Assembly: GCA_051294375.1 (NCBI GenBank)
Contig: CM119269.1
Coordinates: 18,976,418 to 19,040,417, forward strand
DNA: 64,000 nucleotides
From: Paraspadella gotoi
Lineage: Eukaryota > Animalia > Chaetognatha
Direction: 5' to 3'
A model generated the notes under the pieces. The model was not told where the DNA came from. It did not search any database and worked only from the letters and a program-made list of their open reading frames with translations. Made by a program: the position numbers and the translations under genes. How positions within the stretch are numbered: position 1 is the stretch's first letter; each line of letters starts with the position of its first letter. This document shows positions 1 to 13,192 of this stretch, piece after piece.

Positions 1-2444
1 AGAGAGAGAGAGAGAGAGAGAGATAGAAGGCGAATCCCCGGATCTCCACGATTGAGGGTCAACCTAAAAATGGATCCTTTCTCTTGAACCCATAAACGGA
101 ATGGTCGACAAGAGAAAGAAATTCAATAAACGTTCCACCTCCTCTTCATCCCTTTCCTCCTTTTCCTTTCCTCCACGGATCTGCACTCTGCCTCCTTTTT
201 CACCTCCGTTTTTCTTTATCCCCAATTCCTTTCAGTTTCTNNNNNNNNNNNNNNNNNNNNNNNNNNNNNNNNNNNNNNNNNNNNNNNNNNNNNNNNNNNN
301 NNNNNNNNNNNNNNNNNNNNNNNNNNNNNNNNNNNNNNNNNNNNNNNNNNNNNNNNNNNNNNNNNNNNNNNNNNNNNNNNNNNNNNNNNNNNNNNNNNNN
401 NNNNNNNNNNNNNNNNNNNNNNNNNNNNNNNNNNNNNNNNNNNNNNNNNNNNNNNNNNNNNNNNNNNNNNNNNNNNNNNNNNNNNNNNNNNNNNNNNNNN
501 NNNNNNNNNNNNNNNNNNNNNNNNNNNNNNNNNNNNNNNNNNNNNNNNNNNNNNNNNNNNNNNNNNNNNNNNNNNNNNNNNNNNNNNNNNNNNNNNNNNN
601 NNNNNNNNNNNNNNNNNNNNNNNNNNNNNNNNNNNNNNNNTTTTTTTTGCTGCTGTGTTATTTCTTTTCGAGTTTTCAACGACTGTCATCATTGTTGTGG
701 TGACTGCTTTAACAAAAAGCTTTTGCTGTTTTTTTTCTTTCTTTTTGTTAACGTTGCTTTTAACCTTTCAGTTTAAATTACTTTAATTTAATTTTCATCG
801 CTGATCTTATACAAAGACGAAATTCTAACGAACTCGTTTGTCTAATCTTCTCTTTATTTTTTTTAAAAATTCGCTTCTTCAACTGCAAAACTGAGAAACT
901 TCACTGGATTCTTAATTGATAAACTAATCAAACTCCGGCGACTTCGTCCGCTTTGGAGACTTCTCAATTCTTTTATTACTCTCTCCCTCGTTTTTTTTTT
1001 TGGTTTAACTCCTCATTGTGTAACATCTCAGCTTAACTTCTCTTTCTCCTCCCTCCCTTTATAAATTATCTTCCTCATTTCCTATCAATTCCTCCCTTCT
1101 CAACATTTCTCATTATCTCATTCCTCCCTCTCCTTCCCACATCGATTTACTCTCCCTCTTCCTCCCTCTCTTAGTTTATCCCATCTTTCTCCTCCTCCCT
1201 CCCATCTTCCGTTTTTCTCATTTTTTAAACCGTTTTTTATGAACCGGGAAATAATTCATTTCGTTCACCGGACGACGATGACGACGAAGAATGACAATGA
1301 CGCCGACGAATGACAGTAACACGCCTGGTCGGCAATGACACTGAAGGTTTACAATGAGAAAATGAATCATAGGCTACTTTTTAAGTCGAACAAAAATGAC
1401 GAGAATCAAAATGATCACGACTGTTGCACAAAGATCCTGACCCAAATCAACGACGACGACGACGACGACTGTTTCGATGACTTTGACAATTAGCAACGAC
1501 GATGACGACGACAACGACGGCTTCGACAGTTGACGACGACGACAACGACGATTTCGACAATTACCAAAGACGACGACGACGACGATTACGACGACGACGA
1601 CGAAGCCGCCCGACGATGGCCGTGATTTCGGTCGGAACCTTTTGTCCTCAACAGCGGAAGAAAAATGGGTTTTTCACTTTCATCGCCGGTCTCGTTTCCC
1701 GTTGATATGNNNNNNNNNNNNNNNNNNNNNNNNNNNNNNNNNNNNNNNNNNNNNNNNNNNNNNNNNNNNNNNNNNNNNNNNNNNNNNNNNNNNNNNNNNN
1801 NNNNNNNNNNNNNNNNNNNNNNNNNNNNNNNNNNNNNNNNNNNNNNNNNNNNNNNNNNNNNNNNNNNNNNNNNNNNNNNNNNNNNNNNNNNNNNNNNNNN
1901 NNNNNNNNNNNNNNNNNNNNNNNNNNNNNNNNNNNNNNTTACCATCTTTCTAACGTTTTCAACCTATTCTCCTAGTTTTCTTCAGCTTTTATCTCCTCTC
2001 TTCGTTTCCTTTCTCCTTAAACTTTGTACGCTTTTTAAAACCTTACCTTCTTTTTAAAACCTCACCTTCTTTCCCGTCTTTCAGTGGTTAAAATCCCCCG
2101 CTTCTTCTTCTTTCTCTCTTCTCCTCATTTTCTCCTTAAGTTATTTCAACCATAACCTCTGATTCCTTTCAAGGTTCTTTCTTCAGCTCGCACATTTTTC
2201 AATCTTTCACCTTTCCCCCCTTGTTTTCTCTCTTCTCTCGGTCCTCTCTCTCTCTCTGTCTCTCTCCTCTCTCTCCTCTCTCTCTTCTCTCTCTCTCTTC
2301 TCTCTTTCCCTCTCCTCCTCTCTCTCTCTCTACACTCTCTCTTTCTCTCTGCTTTACTTGTGTTTTAAACATTCACATTGTGTGGAGCATAATAAAAATC
2401 TATCAATCACCCATCTATCTCTCTCTCTCTCTCTCCCTCTCTCT

Positions 2445-2475
<31 letters not shown>

Positions 2476-2637
2476 CCTTTCTCTTTATCCTCTTTCTCTC
2501 TCTCTCTCTCTCTGGCCCCCCTTTTCACCTTCAAATGTACCTCCAGTCACCAGCCTTTTCGTCCTCTTCCCTACTCAATCTCCAAGTATATACCCATTTG
2601 CTCTCACCGATTTCGCGTTTATTAATTTTATACTCAA

Positions 2638-2685
<48 letters not shown>

Positions 2686-2687
2686 AT

Positions 2688-2732
<45 letters not shown>

Positions 2733-2918
2733 TCTCTCCTATTCTCAATTCTCTTTTCTTTGACTTGTTTTTCCTTATAACTTTTCACTGACCTTCCTTT
2801 CCAAATTTTTTTTGCCAGAATCGAATTTTTTTTCCTCGTGAGAAAAAGGGAGAGAGAATGAGAGAGAAAGAGAGGGAAATCCTTCTTAAGCTGCAACACT
2901 TGGTCCCCGCCGATTGTA

Positions 2919-2984
2919 TTAGTCGGATCAGCCTATCAGAAGATTCCGACTCTAAAATCCACTTTGTTGGTCCGTCGGTCCCAC
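2919..2984 (+). mobile_element. Helentron/HINE (DINE-1-like) non-autonomous element end
   Basis: TT-AGTCGGA(2921-2927)...TCCGACT(2945-2951) stem-loop followed by CTAAAATCCACTTTG, GGTCCGTCGGTC and GTCCCAC. Same architecture as 32465-32592. Family assignment is inferred from known HINE layout (terminal hairpin plus GTCY repeats). Confidence 0.4.
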
Positions 2985-3852
2985 CCCAAAATCTTGTCGG
3001 TAAAATTATAATAATAAAATAAATAATATTAATATAATAAATATAATAATAATAATAATTATATAATAAATATAATAATAATAATAATAAAATTAGAATA
3101 AATCATATCAGAACATCAAATTATGATAAATTATGCAAAAAATAATGTCCGTCCGTCAGTCCATCCGTCTGTCTGCCTTGCTATCTGTCCCACCTTAGCA
3201 ATGAACTTTAATTACTCGTGATTGGATGGATGGATTGAAAGGGAATTTTGGGTGGATTGAGCTGGATATAAAGTTTTGATGGAATCTGGAATCTGGAATC
3301 TGCAATAAAGGATATTGACCGTTGGCTATCGGCTAGATTTAGAATAATGGAGCCAGGCACACGAAGCCACAGTATTGTGAAGTGAGATGAGGTGAGGTTT
3401 TTCCAAGTCCCAGTAGTCAGCAGTCCCGTTACATTAGTCGAAAAAAAAATATAGATGCATTGATTATTATATCTAGAGCGACGGTAACCGAGAATCAGGA
3501 TTCGGCCTGATCTGATAAACGAATTACCGCTAAATCACAGATCCGACATTGTATTGCTTAAACTCGTTTTCACTTATCTCACCGAGCGCGACTAAAGAAA
3601 GAAAGGGACCCTCACTCTCCGAGATCCCTAATCTCTTTTATATTTCAACCTCCTCTTCTTTCTTTTCTCTCTTCTCACCTTCCCTCCTTTTACCCTTTCC
3701 TTCATTTCCTTGTTTATCTTTTTTTTTAGCTTTTTCTTCCATTCTCCGCTTCTCACTCAGATTTGTTTTCGCTGTTCTTTCCGCTTCGCCTCATTTTACC
3801 ATTTTGTGTTCTCTCAACAGGTCGCTGGCCATTCGTTTTTCTCTCTCTATCA

Positions 3853-3900
<48 letters not shown>

Positions 3901-3907
3901 TCTTTCT

Positions 3908-3938
<31 letters not shown>

Positions 3939-4210
3939 CCTTCTGGACTAGTCGATTCCAAAATCTTTCAGTCCTTTTTGTCCTTTTTTTTCACAATGTT
4001 ATCCCTCGTTTTTTTGCTTCTTTTTGTGTTATCTTTTACCTTTTTTTCTTTCCTTTTCTTCTTTCCTTTTCTTGCTCCTTCTATTTTAATGTCTCTAAGT
4101 TTACTTTATTCTACTTCTCTTTTTCTCCTGTCCTGCTTTCTCTCTCATTCTATAAGATTCCTCCTCTCGCTCTCTTCTCATTCTCTCTCTCTTCTCTCTT
4201 CTCTCTCTCG

Positions 4211-4243
<33 letters not shown>

Positions 4244-6176
4244 ACGTTGTAGCAAACTCAAGTTAACCGAGAGAGGCGCTTACCATCGACCGCTAATTCT
4301 TTCTCTTCTCTTTTTTTCTTTCTCTCTCCACCACAATATTTCTTCTTTTTCCTCAATATCAACTTTCATATTTAAATCTCTTTGTTTTATTTCAAAAATA
4401 TCATCTCTAGTTTCTTCTACTTCTTATTTTTTCTAATTTTTCGTCAACTTTTCTCTTATCACATCTACTATGTCTTATCACTTCTCTGTTGACTCTATCC
4501 TACTTTTCTTCTCTCCCCAACTCTTTCTAATTCTCCTCCTTTCCACCAACGCCCCCTTACCCTCCCCCCCACTCCTCGCTTGCTATAAACTTTTTCTCTC
4601 CGGTCTCTCGCTATTACACTCTCTTGAGTATTGATTGATGCATATCCGAGGGAATCCCCCCGAAGATGGAGAAGGAAAGGGAAAATAATAGAATGAAATA
4701 ACGCGTGAATTGAACAGACAAAGAGGAGATAAGAAAAGAGAATAGGAGAAGAAAAACCTTAAAGAAAAGGATGAGATATGAAAAATAAAAAAAAATTTTA
4801 AAAAATTTGAAAGAAAACTCGGGCTACAGCAAAATCCTCCACGAAAGATGAAAGAAAGAAGGAAAATAAAAAAAAAAGAAAAGAGTGGCAAAGAAAAAGC
4901 CACGCATCAGCAAACACTCTTCAGTTGGTCGCACATCATAAAAATTTTTGTGAATACCAAGAAAAATACGTATTCGAAAGAGGAACACTCTCATTGACTT
5001 CATAGGTGCGAGTACTCTTTCCCTTTTAATGACGTCTGGCCGCACTGCAACATCCTCTGCATCTCTCCTTGCCTATCTGGTTACTGACGTTTTCCCGTCT
5101 GCCTTAGTACGTAGTAACTATTTTTTCAAAATATTTAACATAAAGTTGAACTAGCAAGCTTTCCGTAATATTGTAATATTGTTTTTAAATTTTGTTAACA
5201 ATAAATGTTACTTTTCTGGCATTAGTAAAGAGAAAAAAACATGTTTGAAAAATTTTTTCTAAAACAAAATTACCTCCTTGTTTTTTCCTAAAATCATCAC
5301 AATTTTTCTTTTCTTCCTTCTCTTCTCTCTCTCTTCTTTTTCTACTCTTTCTCTTCTTCTTTCTTCTCTTCCTCTTTTCTTTTTTCTTTTTTCTTCTTTC
5401 TCTTCTTCTTTCTCTTTTTTTCTTTCTTCTCTCTTTCTCTTCTTTTCTCTCTCTTATTTCCTTCTTCTTTCTCTTCTTTTTTCTTCTTTCTTCTTTCTCT
5501 CTTTCTTCCTTTCTTCTTCTTTCTCTTCTTCTTTTTTCTCTTCTCCTTTTCTCTCTTTTCCTTTCTTTTTTTCTTTCTTTGTTCTTCTCTTCTTTTTTTT
5601 TGTTTCTTTTTTTTTTCTACCTCAGCATTTCCTTTATTCCCAAAAAAGTCTCCCGCACATTCAGCCATTCGCCCGACAATATTTATGTCTTCGTCGTCTC
5701 GTTATTTCTCATTGTCGAGTCGTGTCGTCGTCGTCGTTGTCGTTGTCGTCGTTGTCGTCGTTCGGTGTCGCAGGTTGAAATCACCAATCCTCTTCACCAA
5801 TTTGATTTTTGTTCATTTTTTAATAAAAATCTTATAATTATTTAGCTTGATTATGAACGCCGGTATCCTTGTTGAAATTTTCCTATTGGTCTCTCTTTGT
5901 CGGTTAAAAAGAAAAATTCCAACATCGTCAAGAATCCAATGGAGTATCAATAAATGTGATTGGTTGCCAATCATCCTTATTGTCGTGCTCGTCGTTGGTC
6001 GTCGTCGTTCCGTCGTCGTCGTCGTCTCTTCCATCGTCGCTTGCTATTTGCTTGAAAATCGCTTTATGAAACCCGATGTTTCCGACGTAAACAGCCCCCC
6101 CTCTTTCTCTCCTCTCTCTCTCTCCTCTCTCTCTCTTCTCTCTCTCTCCTCTCTCTCTCTTTCTCTCTCTCCTCTC

Positions 6177-6217
<41 letters not shown>

Positions 6218-6228
6218 CGCTCTCTCTT

Positions 6229-6263
<35 letters not shown>

Positions 6264-7823
6264 CTTCTCTCTCTCTCTCCTCTCTCTCTCTCTCCTCTCG
6301 CGTTTTGTTATGCGTTTTTTGGCGCATTTGAATCGCCTTTGGTGAAAATCGAGGCTCTAATGAGTTTTTTTCTTGATCGAAGTTTTTCCGCCCGATTTCT
6401 AAGAAATCACTCTGTTCCAACGTTGGAAGTAAAAAGAATATTTAAACTCACATGACTTAATTATTATTTAAATCGTCATAAATATTAAATACGAATTTCG
6501 TCTTGGGTTTCACATAATTAAAACGAGGTTTCATTTTCCGCAATATGGTTATATCTTCATGTGATGTCCCCAAAGGCTTCATCGGTGAATTTCACATTTT
6601 GATTGTTTGTGATATGACGGGAGGTCACATTAATTTCTCACAACCGACGCTTCGAATACTCGGCTACGAAGACGTTGGCCGCTGGCCGCTACGGAGTCAG
6701 GGACTGTTAGCACAGTCACAGCAAACCAACTGTGTATAATTACTAGGTAAATATATGTAGTTATCGATTTTCAATTTCGATAAAAAAATTCCTAGGAAAT
6801 TCGAGGTTCGAACCAGAATTTCTGATGCTGATGAATGATGAGTCGGTCGACTCCTCGGGGGGGCATTCATTTTCGATTTCCTTTGTCTGCAAATCACGAG
6901 AAAGAGAAAAAAAAATACCGAGAGGAAAGTCAAGTATTTTAATTAAGACTTATTCTTTCGTTTATTAGCATGTTGTATGTCTAATCAAAAATATATCTGA
7001 TCCAATAATTCATTCAATCAAAAATTTAATTATTCAATTATTCATTCATTCCTTCATTCCTTCAATCAGTTATAACTTCATTCATTTATTCATTCATTCA
7101 TTCATTCATTCATTCATTCATTCATTCATTCATTCCTTAGTTATTTGATATTCATTCACTTCCCGCATCTCGACGTTTTGACCTTAATTCGAACAAATTA
7201 TCGTTTATGGTTTCATCTCGTGTTTTGGCCGGCGAAAGGGAAGAGAAAGAGGAGAGGGAGGAGGGCGAGGGGGGGGGGAGAAGGAGGAGGAAGAGAATGA
7301 GGAAATGATAGAGGAAGAGATAGGAAATTAAATAGCTGAGGGGGGAAAGAAGAGAGAAAACTAAATAAGGGAACTCCGACTGAAACCAAGGCGGAAAACT
7401 GACTTAGTTTTCTTCTTATTTCAGTTCTCTTGTTCTACTTCTCTGTTTCAGGTTCAGGGATTTTTTGCTTCGCCTTATTCTTCTTCCTCTTCCTCTTCCT
7501 CCCTCTCGTTCCTGCCTTTCCTTCCAATCGTTCCTCCCCTCAATTCTTCCATGTTTGTGGAATCGACCTCATATTCTATTGTCCCTTTGATTGCGGGTTT
7601 AAAGAATAAATTCCGCTTGATTTCAATTTTTCTTTCATTTTTTTCCTTTTTTTCTTTTTTTTAATAATTTTTTTTCGCTGAGTTTTCAGTGTTTCTCTTT
7701 CTTTTCTTCTCGTTTTGTTTCTCTGTTTGTTTTTTTTTCTCTTTCTGTTTTTCTCCGATCGTAAACGTCGATTGAACGATCGAACAAAAGAATTTTCATC
7801 GAGTCTTCGTTTTTGAGGACGAT

Positions 7824-7992
7824 GACGAGGGAAAAGAAGACGAAGAGGAGGGAAAAGAAGACAAAGAGGAGGGAAAAGAAGACGAAGAGGAGGGAAAAGA
7901 AGACGAATAGGAGGGAAAAGAACACGAAGAGGAGGGAAAAGAAGACGAAGAGGAGGGAAAAGAAGACGAAGAGGTGGGAAAAGACGACGAAG
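7824..7992. repeat. 21-bp minisatellite (GAGGAGGGAAAAGAAGACGAA) x~8
   Basis: Seen directly; explains the LLFPPLR / REKKTKR ORF repeats. Confidence 0.95.
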
Positions 7993-8892
7993 AAAAAAAC
8001 GCATTTTTTTAAACGTGACTCAAAACGTGTCTTGACGCGAAGTAAGTTGTACGACAGAGAATGTTTTTCGTTTTAGTTATAAAACGTTATTCCACTCCGT
8101 TGAGACTCGATACATTTACATTAAATTTTTTTAAATATTATATTATGTAAAATTGTTTAGTGTTAAAGTGTTTTTAAATATTCACGTATCAATCGTGAGC
8201 TCAATTACATCCCGAATTCCACGTCAGTCCAGATTCTTTCGCGTTTCCTCTCGTGTTTCGTCTCCGCCTCCACACCGACCTTGTATCGCANNNNNNNNNN
8301 NNNNNNNNNNNNNNNNNNNNNNNNNNNNNNNNNNNNNNNNNNNNNNNNNNNNNNNNNNNNNNNNNNNNNNNNNNNNNNNNNNNNNNNNNNNNNNNNNNNN
8401 NNNNNNNNNNNNNNNNNNNNNNNNNNNNNNNNNNNNNNNNNNNNNNNNNNNNNNNNNNNNNNNNNNNNNNNNNTTCTTTTTTTCTTCTTCTTCTTTTTTC
8501 TTCTTCTTTTTTTTCCTTACTCTGCGCTTGTCTCATGTTTTCTTTCTGTATTTTACTTTTAGATTTTACAGTAACAGTTCTTTCCTTCTCTCATCTTTTA
8601 TAGTGAATAGTCTTTCCCGCTCTCTGCTCTTTACTCAGAGTTTCCCTCTCACTCTCTCTCTCCTTTCTTCATCTCCCGTTTTTTTNNNNNNNNNNNNNNN
8701 NNNNNNNNNNNNNNNNNNNNNNNNNNNNNNNNNNNNNNNNNNNNNNNNNNNNNNNNNNNNNNNNNNNNNNNNNNNNNNNNNNNNNNNNNNNNNNNNNNNN
8801 NNNNNNNNNNNNNNNNNNNNNNNNNNNNNNNNNNNNNNNNNNNNNNNNNNNNNNNNNNNNNNNNNNNNNNNNNNNNNNNNNNNNNNNNNNNN

Positions 8893-8925
<33 letters not shown>

Positions 8926-11900
8926 CCATCATTTATTTCCTCTCAGGTGAGGAAAGGATGAAAGAAATAAAGCAAGATGAGTTAAGGGATGAAACCGTGG
9001 ATACGAAAAATTCCAACTAGTTATTCAAAGAGAAGGTTTACAAAAAAAGTTTTTATACATTCAATTCCTTCTTTAAACGATAAAAATCGGTAATGGATAA
9101 TTAAATCAGAAATTGCCGAGACAGAAAGAAACTTGACAAAGAAAAAAAATGAAAAAGAATCAGGAAACGAAGCTTGAGAAAAGAGCGAAAAAGAAAAGAA
9201 AAAAAATAGAAAAAGAGAAGAATTATTGAAGGGAATCGTTAAGAAAGATTAATAAAAAAAGAAGAGAAAAGAATGAAACCTTGAAGGATAATTTTTTTCT
9301 TTTTTTTTTTAATCTTTGATATTAAATAAAACTTGAGCCTGCGATATTTTTTTGTCGTCATCGTCGTCGTTGATCGGAATTGTAAAATCAGGTCATAAAA
9401 GGAATAAATAAAAAGCAATGGAAAGCAATAAATACTAGAATTCTTTTATATTCGTATATTAGGCAAACGAGCTTAGATTTAACGATTGTTTTCTTTTTGA
9501 CTTTCTCTTATTTTGTCCGTTTTTTTCCCCCGTGTCAATCGAAAAAGACTTTCAAATAACACATACAAATCATCGATAAGTTCAGTATAATTGATTAAAG
9601 TTTATTAAAGTTTTAGTTGGTTTTCTAAATTCGACTCTCAATTTTCAGTTTGTTTTTTTTTTCACAATTTTCTCCCCTGAGAAAAAACGATCACTGTGCC
9701 GACTCTCCCACAACAAAAACTTTAATCTTCGCATGCTGGCATAAATCAAATTTTAGGCAGAATAAATACAACCCCGTAACATCAAATTCAAATAAATCAA
9801 ATATAAAATCATAGAACGTCAAGCGGAATAAAATCAAAATAAAATCACGTAAACGTCGAATCTAATCGAATCAAATCTGAATATAAACGAAATGAAATCG
9901 ATCAAATTCACTTTTTCTTTCACACTTCTCCTTCCTTCAGTTGCTGGCGCCATATTTCTCTCTCTTTCTTCCTCTTTCCACTTTTTCTTCCTCTTCCTGT
10001 TCCTCCCTCTTCTTCTTATTTTCTTTCTACTTCCACTCTTCTTCCCTCTTCCCTCCTCCTCCTTTCCTCCTTTCCCCCTTTCCTCCGTTCCCCTTTTCCT
10101 CTTTTCCTCCTTTTCCCCTTTTCTCCTTTCCTCCTTTTCTCCTTTCCTGCCTTTCTCCTTTCCTCCTTTTCTCCTTTCCTCCGTTCTTCGAACCTTGAAA
10201 AACAACGAAGGAGTAACTCTGAACAAATGAAGCTTCCACACGATCTTTATTCCCTCGCCCCGNNNNNNNNNNNNNNNNNNNNNNNNNNNNNNNNNNNNNN
10301 NNNNNNNNNNNNNNNNNNNNNNNNNNNNNNNNNNNNNNNNNNNNNNNNNNNNNNNNNNNNNNNNNNNNNNNNNNNNNNNNNNNNNNNNNNNNNNNNNNNN
10401 NNNNNNNNNNNNNNNNNNNNNNNNNNNNNNTCTCTCTCTCTCTTTTCTCCCCTTGTTCAGCCTTATTTTTTTGTTTTCTCCCCCACTTAAATCTCAGAGA
10501 CGTCTCTCCGTTTCCCTTTGTTTTCCTCCTATTCTTCCTCCTCGAACTTCCTCCCCCCTTCTCCCTCTCCCTCCAACCTCTTCCTCTAAATCGTCGACTG
10601 TCAATATCATGGGCGGAGTCTCTCTTCCCTTCGACACGCACGAGGACCGACAGGTACACTTAAGGCCGTTTAGATGAGGTTTTGAAGAGAGGGAGGGANN
10701 NNNNNNNNNNNNNNNNNNNNNNNNNNNNNNNNNNNNNNNNNNNNNNNNNNNNNNNNNNNNNNNNNNNNNNNNNNNNNNNNNNNNNNNNNNNNNNNNNNNN
10801 NNNNNNNNNNNNNNNNNNNNNNNNNNNNNNNNNNNNNNNNNNNNNNNNNNNNNNNNNNNNNNNNNNNNNNNNNNNNNNNNNNNNNNNNNNNNNNNNNNNN
10901 NNNNNNNNNNNNNNNNNNNNNNNNNNNNNNNNNNNNNNNNNNNNNNNNNNNNNNNNNNNNNNNNNNNNNNNNNNNNNNNNNNNNNNNNNNNNNNNNNNNN
11001 NNNNNNNNNNNNNNNNNNNNNNNNNNNNNNNNNNNNNNNNNNNNNNNNNNNNNNNNNNNNNNNNNNNNNNNNNNNNNNNNNNNNNNNNNNNNNNNNNNNN
11101 NNNNNNNNNNNNNNNNNAAAAAAAAAGCTTTGGAAAATTGGAGAAGAGATCATGGAAGACACGAAAGTTACAGATTCGAAGAAACGAGAAAGAAATAAAG
11201 AGAAAAAAAAAAGAAAAAGAAAAAAAAACGTGAGGAGAGAGAGTAGAGGAAGATTTACAGCGGGACCCCGGGTTTACTCCAACCGAAAACTCGCTCTCTC
11301 GGCGAATTAACGACGACGAGCGTTCCACTGTAACAACTTGTTATTTTTAGACGCGAAGGAGAGTCATGGTCGGTCGGTCGGTCGTAGTTTAGATTAAAGG
11401 TAGAAGCGGAAATAAGCTTTCGATGACACAGAAATATGGACTGTGAGAAACTGANNNNNNNNNNCTAAATTTTATTTAAATGAGTTTCTGGCGGAATAGA
11501 ACTCGGGTTTTTTTTTCACTGGAAAATTGGATGAAATCGTGGAAGAGAGAAGAGATTGATGTACACGTGGCTGCGGAGGAAAAGTTAAAGGATCGGATCC
11601 TGGCGGTCTTTACATGTATCAAACCTGTTTGTTCGTACTATAGTTTTTTGAGTGATCATTTATTAAGCTTAATAATTTGCAAACGATCTCACTTTAATTT
11701 TTTAAGGACCGATTTGCTACGTTAATACGTTTATACGTTTATACGTTTATAATAGCGAAGACAGCGCGGCGACAACAACAACAACTACGACAACAAATAC
11801 GACGACAACTACAACGACTTTTACCATAATCAACTTATTACCAAAACGTACCTTTGTACTATTGATTGTTCAGCGTTTTATTGTTAACTTTTACCTACCA

Positions 11901-12548
11901 TTGTTATGCCTCTTCTTCCTTATCTCGTTTTTTAATTATTTCGATCATTACATTTAGTGTACAAAAATCGAAAGCACATAGTTATTTTTTTCTCTCTAAA
12001 AATAAACTAAGTCAGAAGTCAGAAGCCAAACTGGTGAACCCGTCTTGCAACACTTTTTATGCAACCTTCTCAGATTAACTTTTTAAGACTTTAGTTTTAA
12101 CTCATCTCAAGACGAGACGAGATAAAAAAAAGGTTGACTGAAAAGCACGGTCTGGCCGACGACAATGACGACAATGACGCCAACAGAACCAACGCCAACA
12201 GAGCCAACGCCAACGCCAACAGAGCCAACGTCAACGACGATCGTTGACGAGAGAAAAGAAAAGAAAATTCAGGTGCGAAACTGAATTAAGAAAACTCAAT
12301 CGAACCGGAATCGTCGAGAAAATCAGCATTTTGTTCTCGGTGGAACCGACGGGCGCCTGGTCGGAGGCGGCGCTCAAAAAACTGGCGCTCCTTTTCGACG
12401 AAACTAATGGAAAAAGAGAAAAATAAAAAAAGGAAATTCGATTTGAGAGGAAAATGGAATCGGAATTGTCGTTGTTGTTGTTGTTGTGGGATGAACGCTG
12501 TCGTCGTTTGATTGAGATGGCGATGGCGATTTACTGTTGTTGATATAA

Positions 12549-12799
12549 ATGAAAATTTGCAAATTACTTGTTTCACTATTTTCTATTTTTATATTTTATG
12601 AAGGATTTAGTATTTAATCTATATTATTTAAATCAAATATATATATTGCTTTTTTTCTTAAAAAATTTTTACCTATCATTATATCTAATAACTCAATTTT
12701 GGAAGGGGAAGTCAGGGTTGTCTTCTGGAAATAGAGGGAGCATCTATACAACGCAAGGTTAGACTACAATCTGTCTTAGTTTTCTAATAGATATCACAC
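12549..12799. mobile_element. ~250 bp dispersed repeat, copy A (unclassified TE fragment)
   Basis: Shares AAATTACTTGTTTCACTATTTT and TGTCTTCTGGAAATAGAGRGAGCATCTATACAA...TAGTTTTCTAA(A)TAGATATCACAC with 39185-39442; the AT-rich middle has diverged. Confidence 0.7.
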
Positions 12800-13151
12800 G
12801 TCATTCCTGTTAAAAAGTCATTAATGAAAGATTATATTATCTAAGAGGCTGAACAGATAATTTTTTGAGGGGGGACCAAAGTTATATATATGATTTTTTT
12901 ATACCAATAGGGATAGAGACTACCATGTGATGGGGATACATGCAGGGGAAAGGTCTATAGGGACACCTTTATGTCATGAATATGATTTTAAAAAAACTTT
13001 ACTGAAAATGACATTTTTTCTTTATTTGAATTGGCGGATTCGTTGGCCGGTCCGTTTCGGCATTTATCAAAATTCTTGGAATGTTTTGACTGTTCTTTCG
13101 GTCCTTGCCTGAATCTCTCTCTCCACTCTCCTGGATCATATCTGTGGAATT

Positions 13152-13192
<41 letters not shown>

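Noticed and set aside
2900-2908. TTGGTCCCC matching the 5' end of miR-133
   Set aside because: Only 9 nt match and there is no precursor hairpin.
4880-4930. Minus-strand CTGAAGA plus hairpin as another hammerhead (also CTGATGA near 6828, 15061 and 22705)
   Set aside because: No GAAA or helix III follows at the required position.
7824-7992. Regular 21-bp repeats (and the 27-bp repeats at 31048-31240) as CRISPR arrays or coding repeats
   Set aside because: No unique spacers, eukaryotic context and no cas genes; the natural EEGKEDE frame contains a TAG.
8925-8952. Plus-strand TTCCTCTCAG|GTGAG as a second recursive splice site
   Set aside because: Short pyrimidine tract directly after an (AG)n run, and no supported plus-strand host gene.
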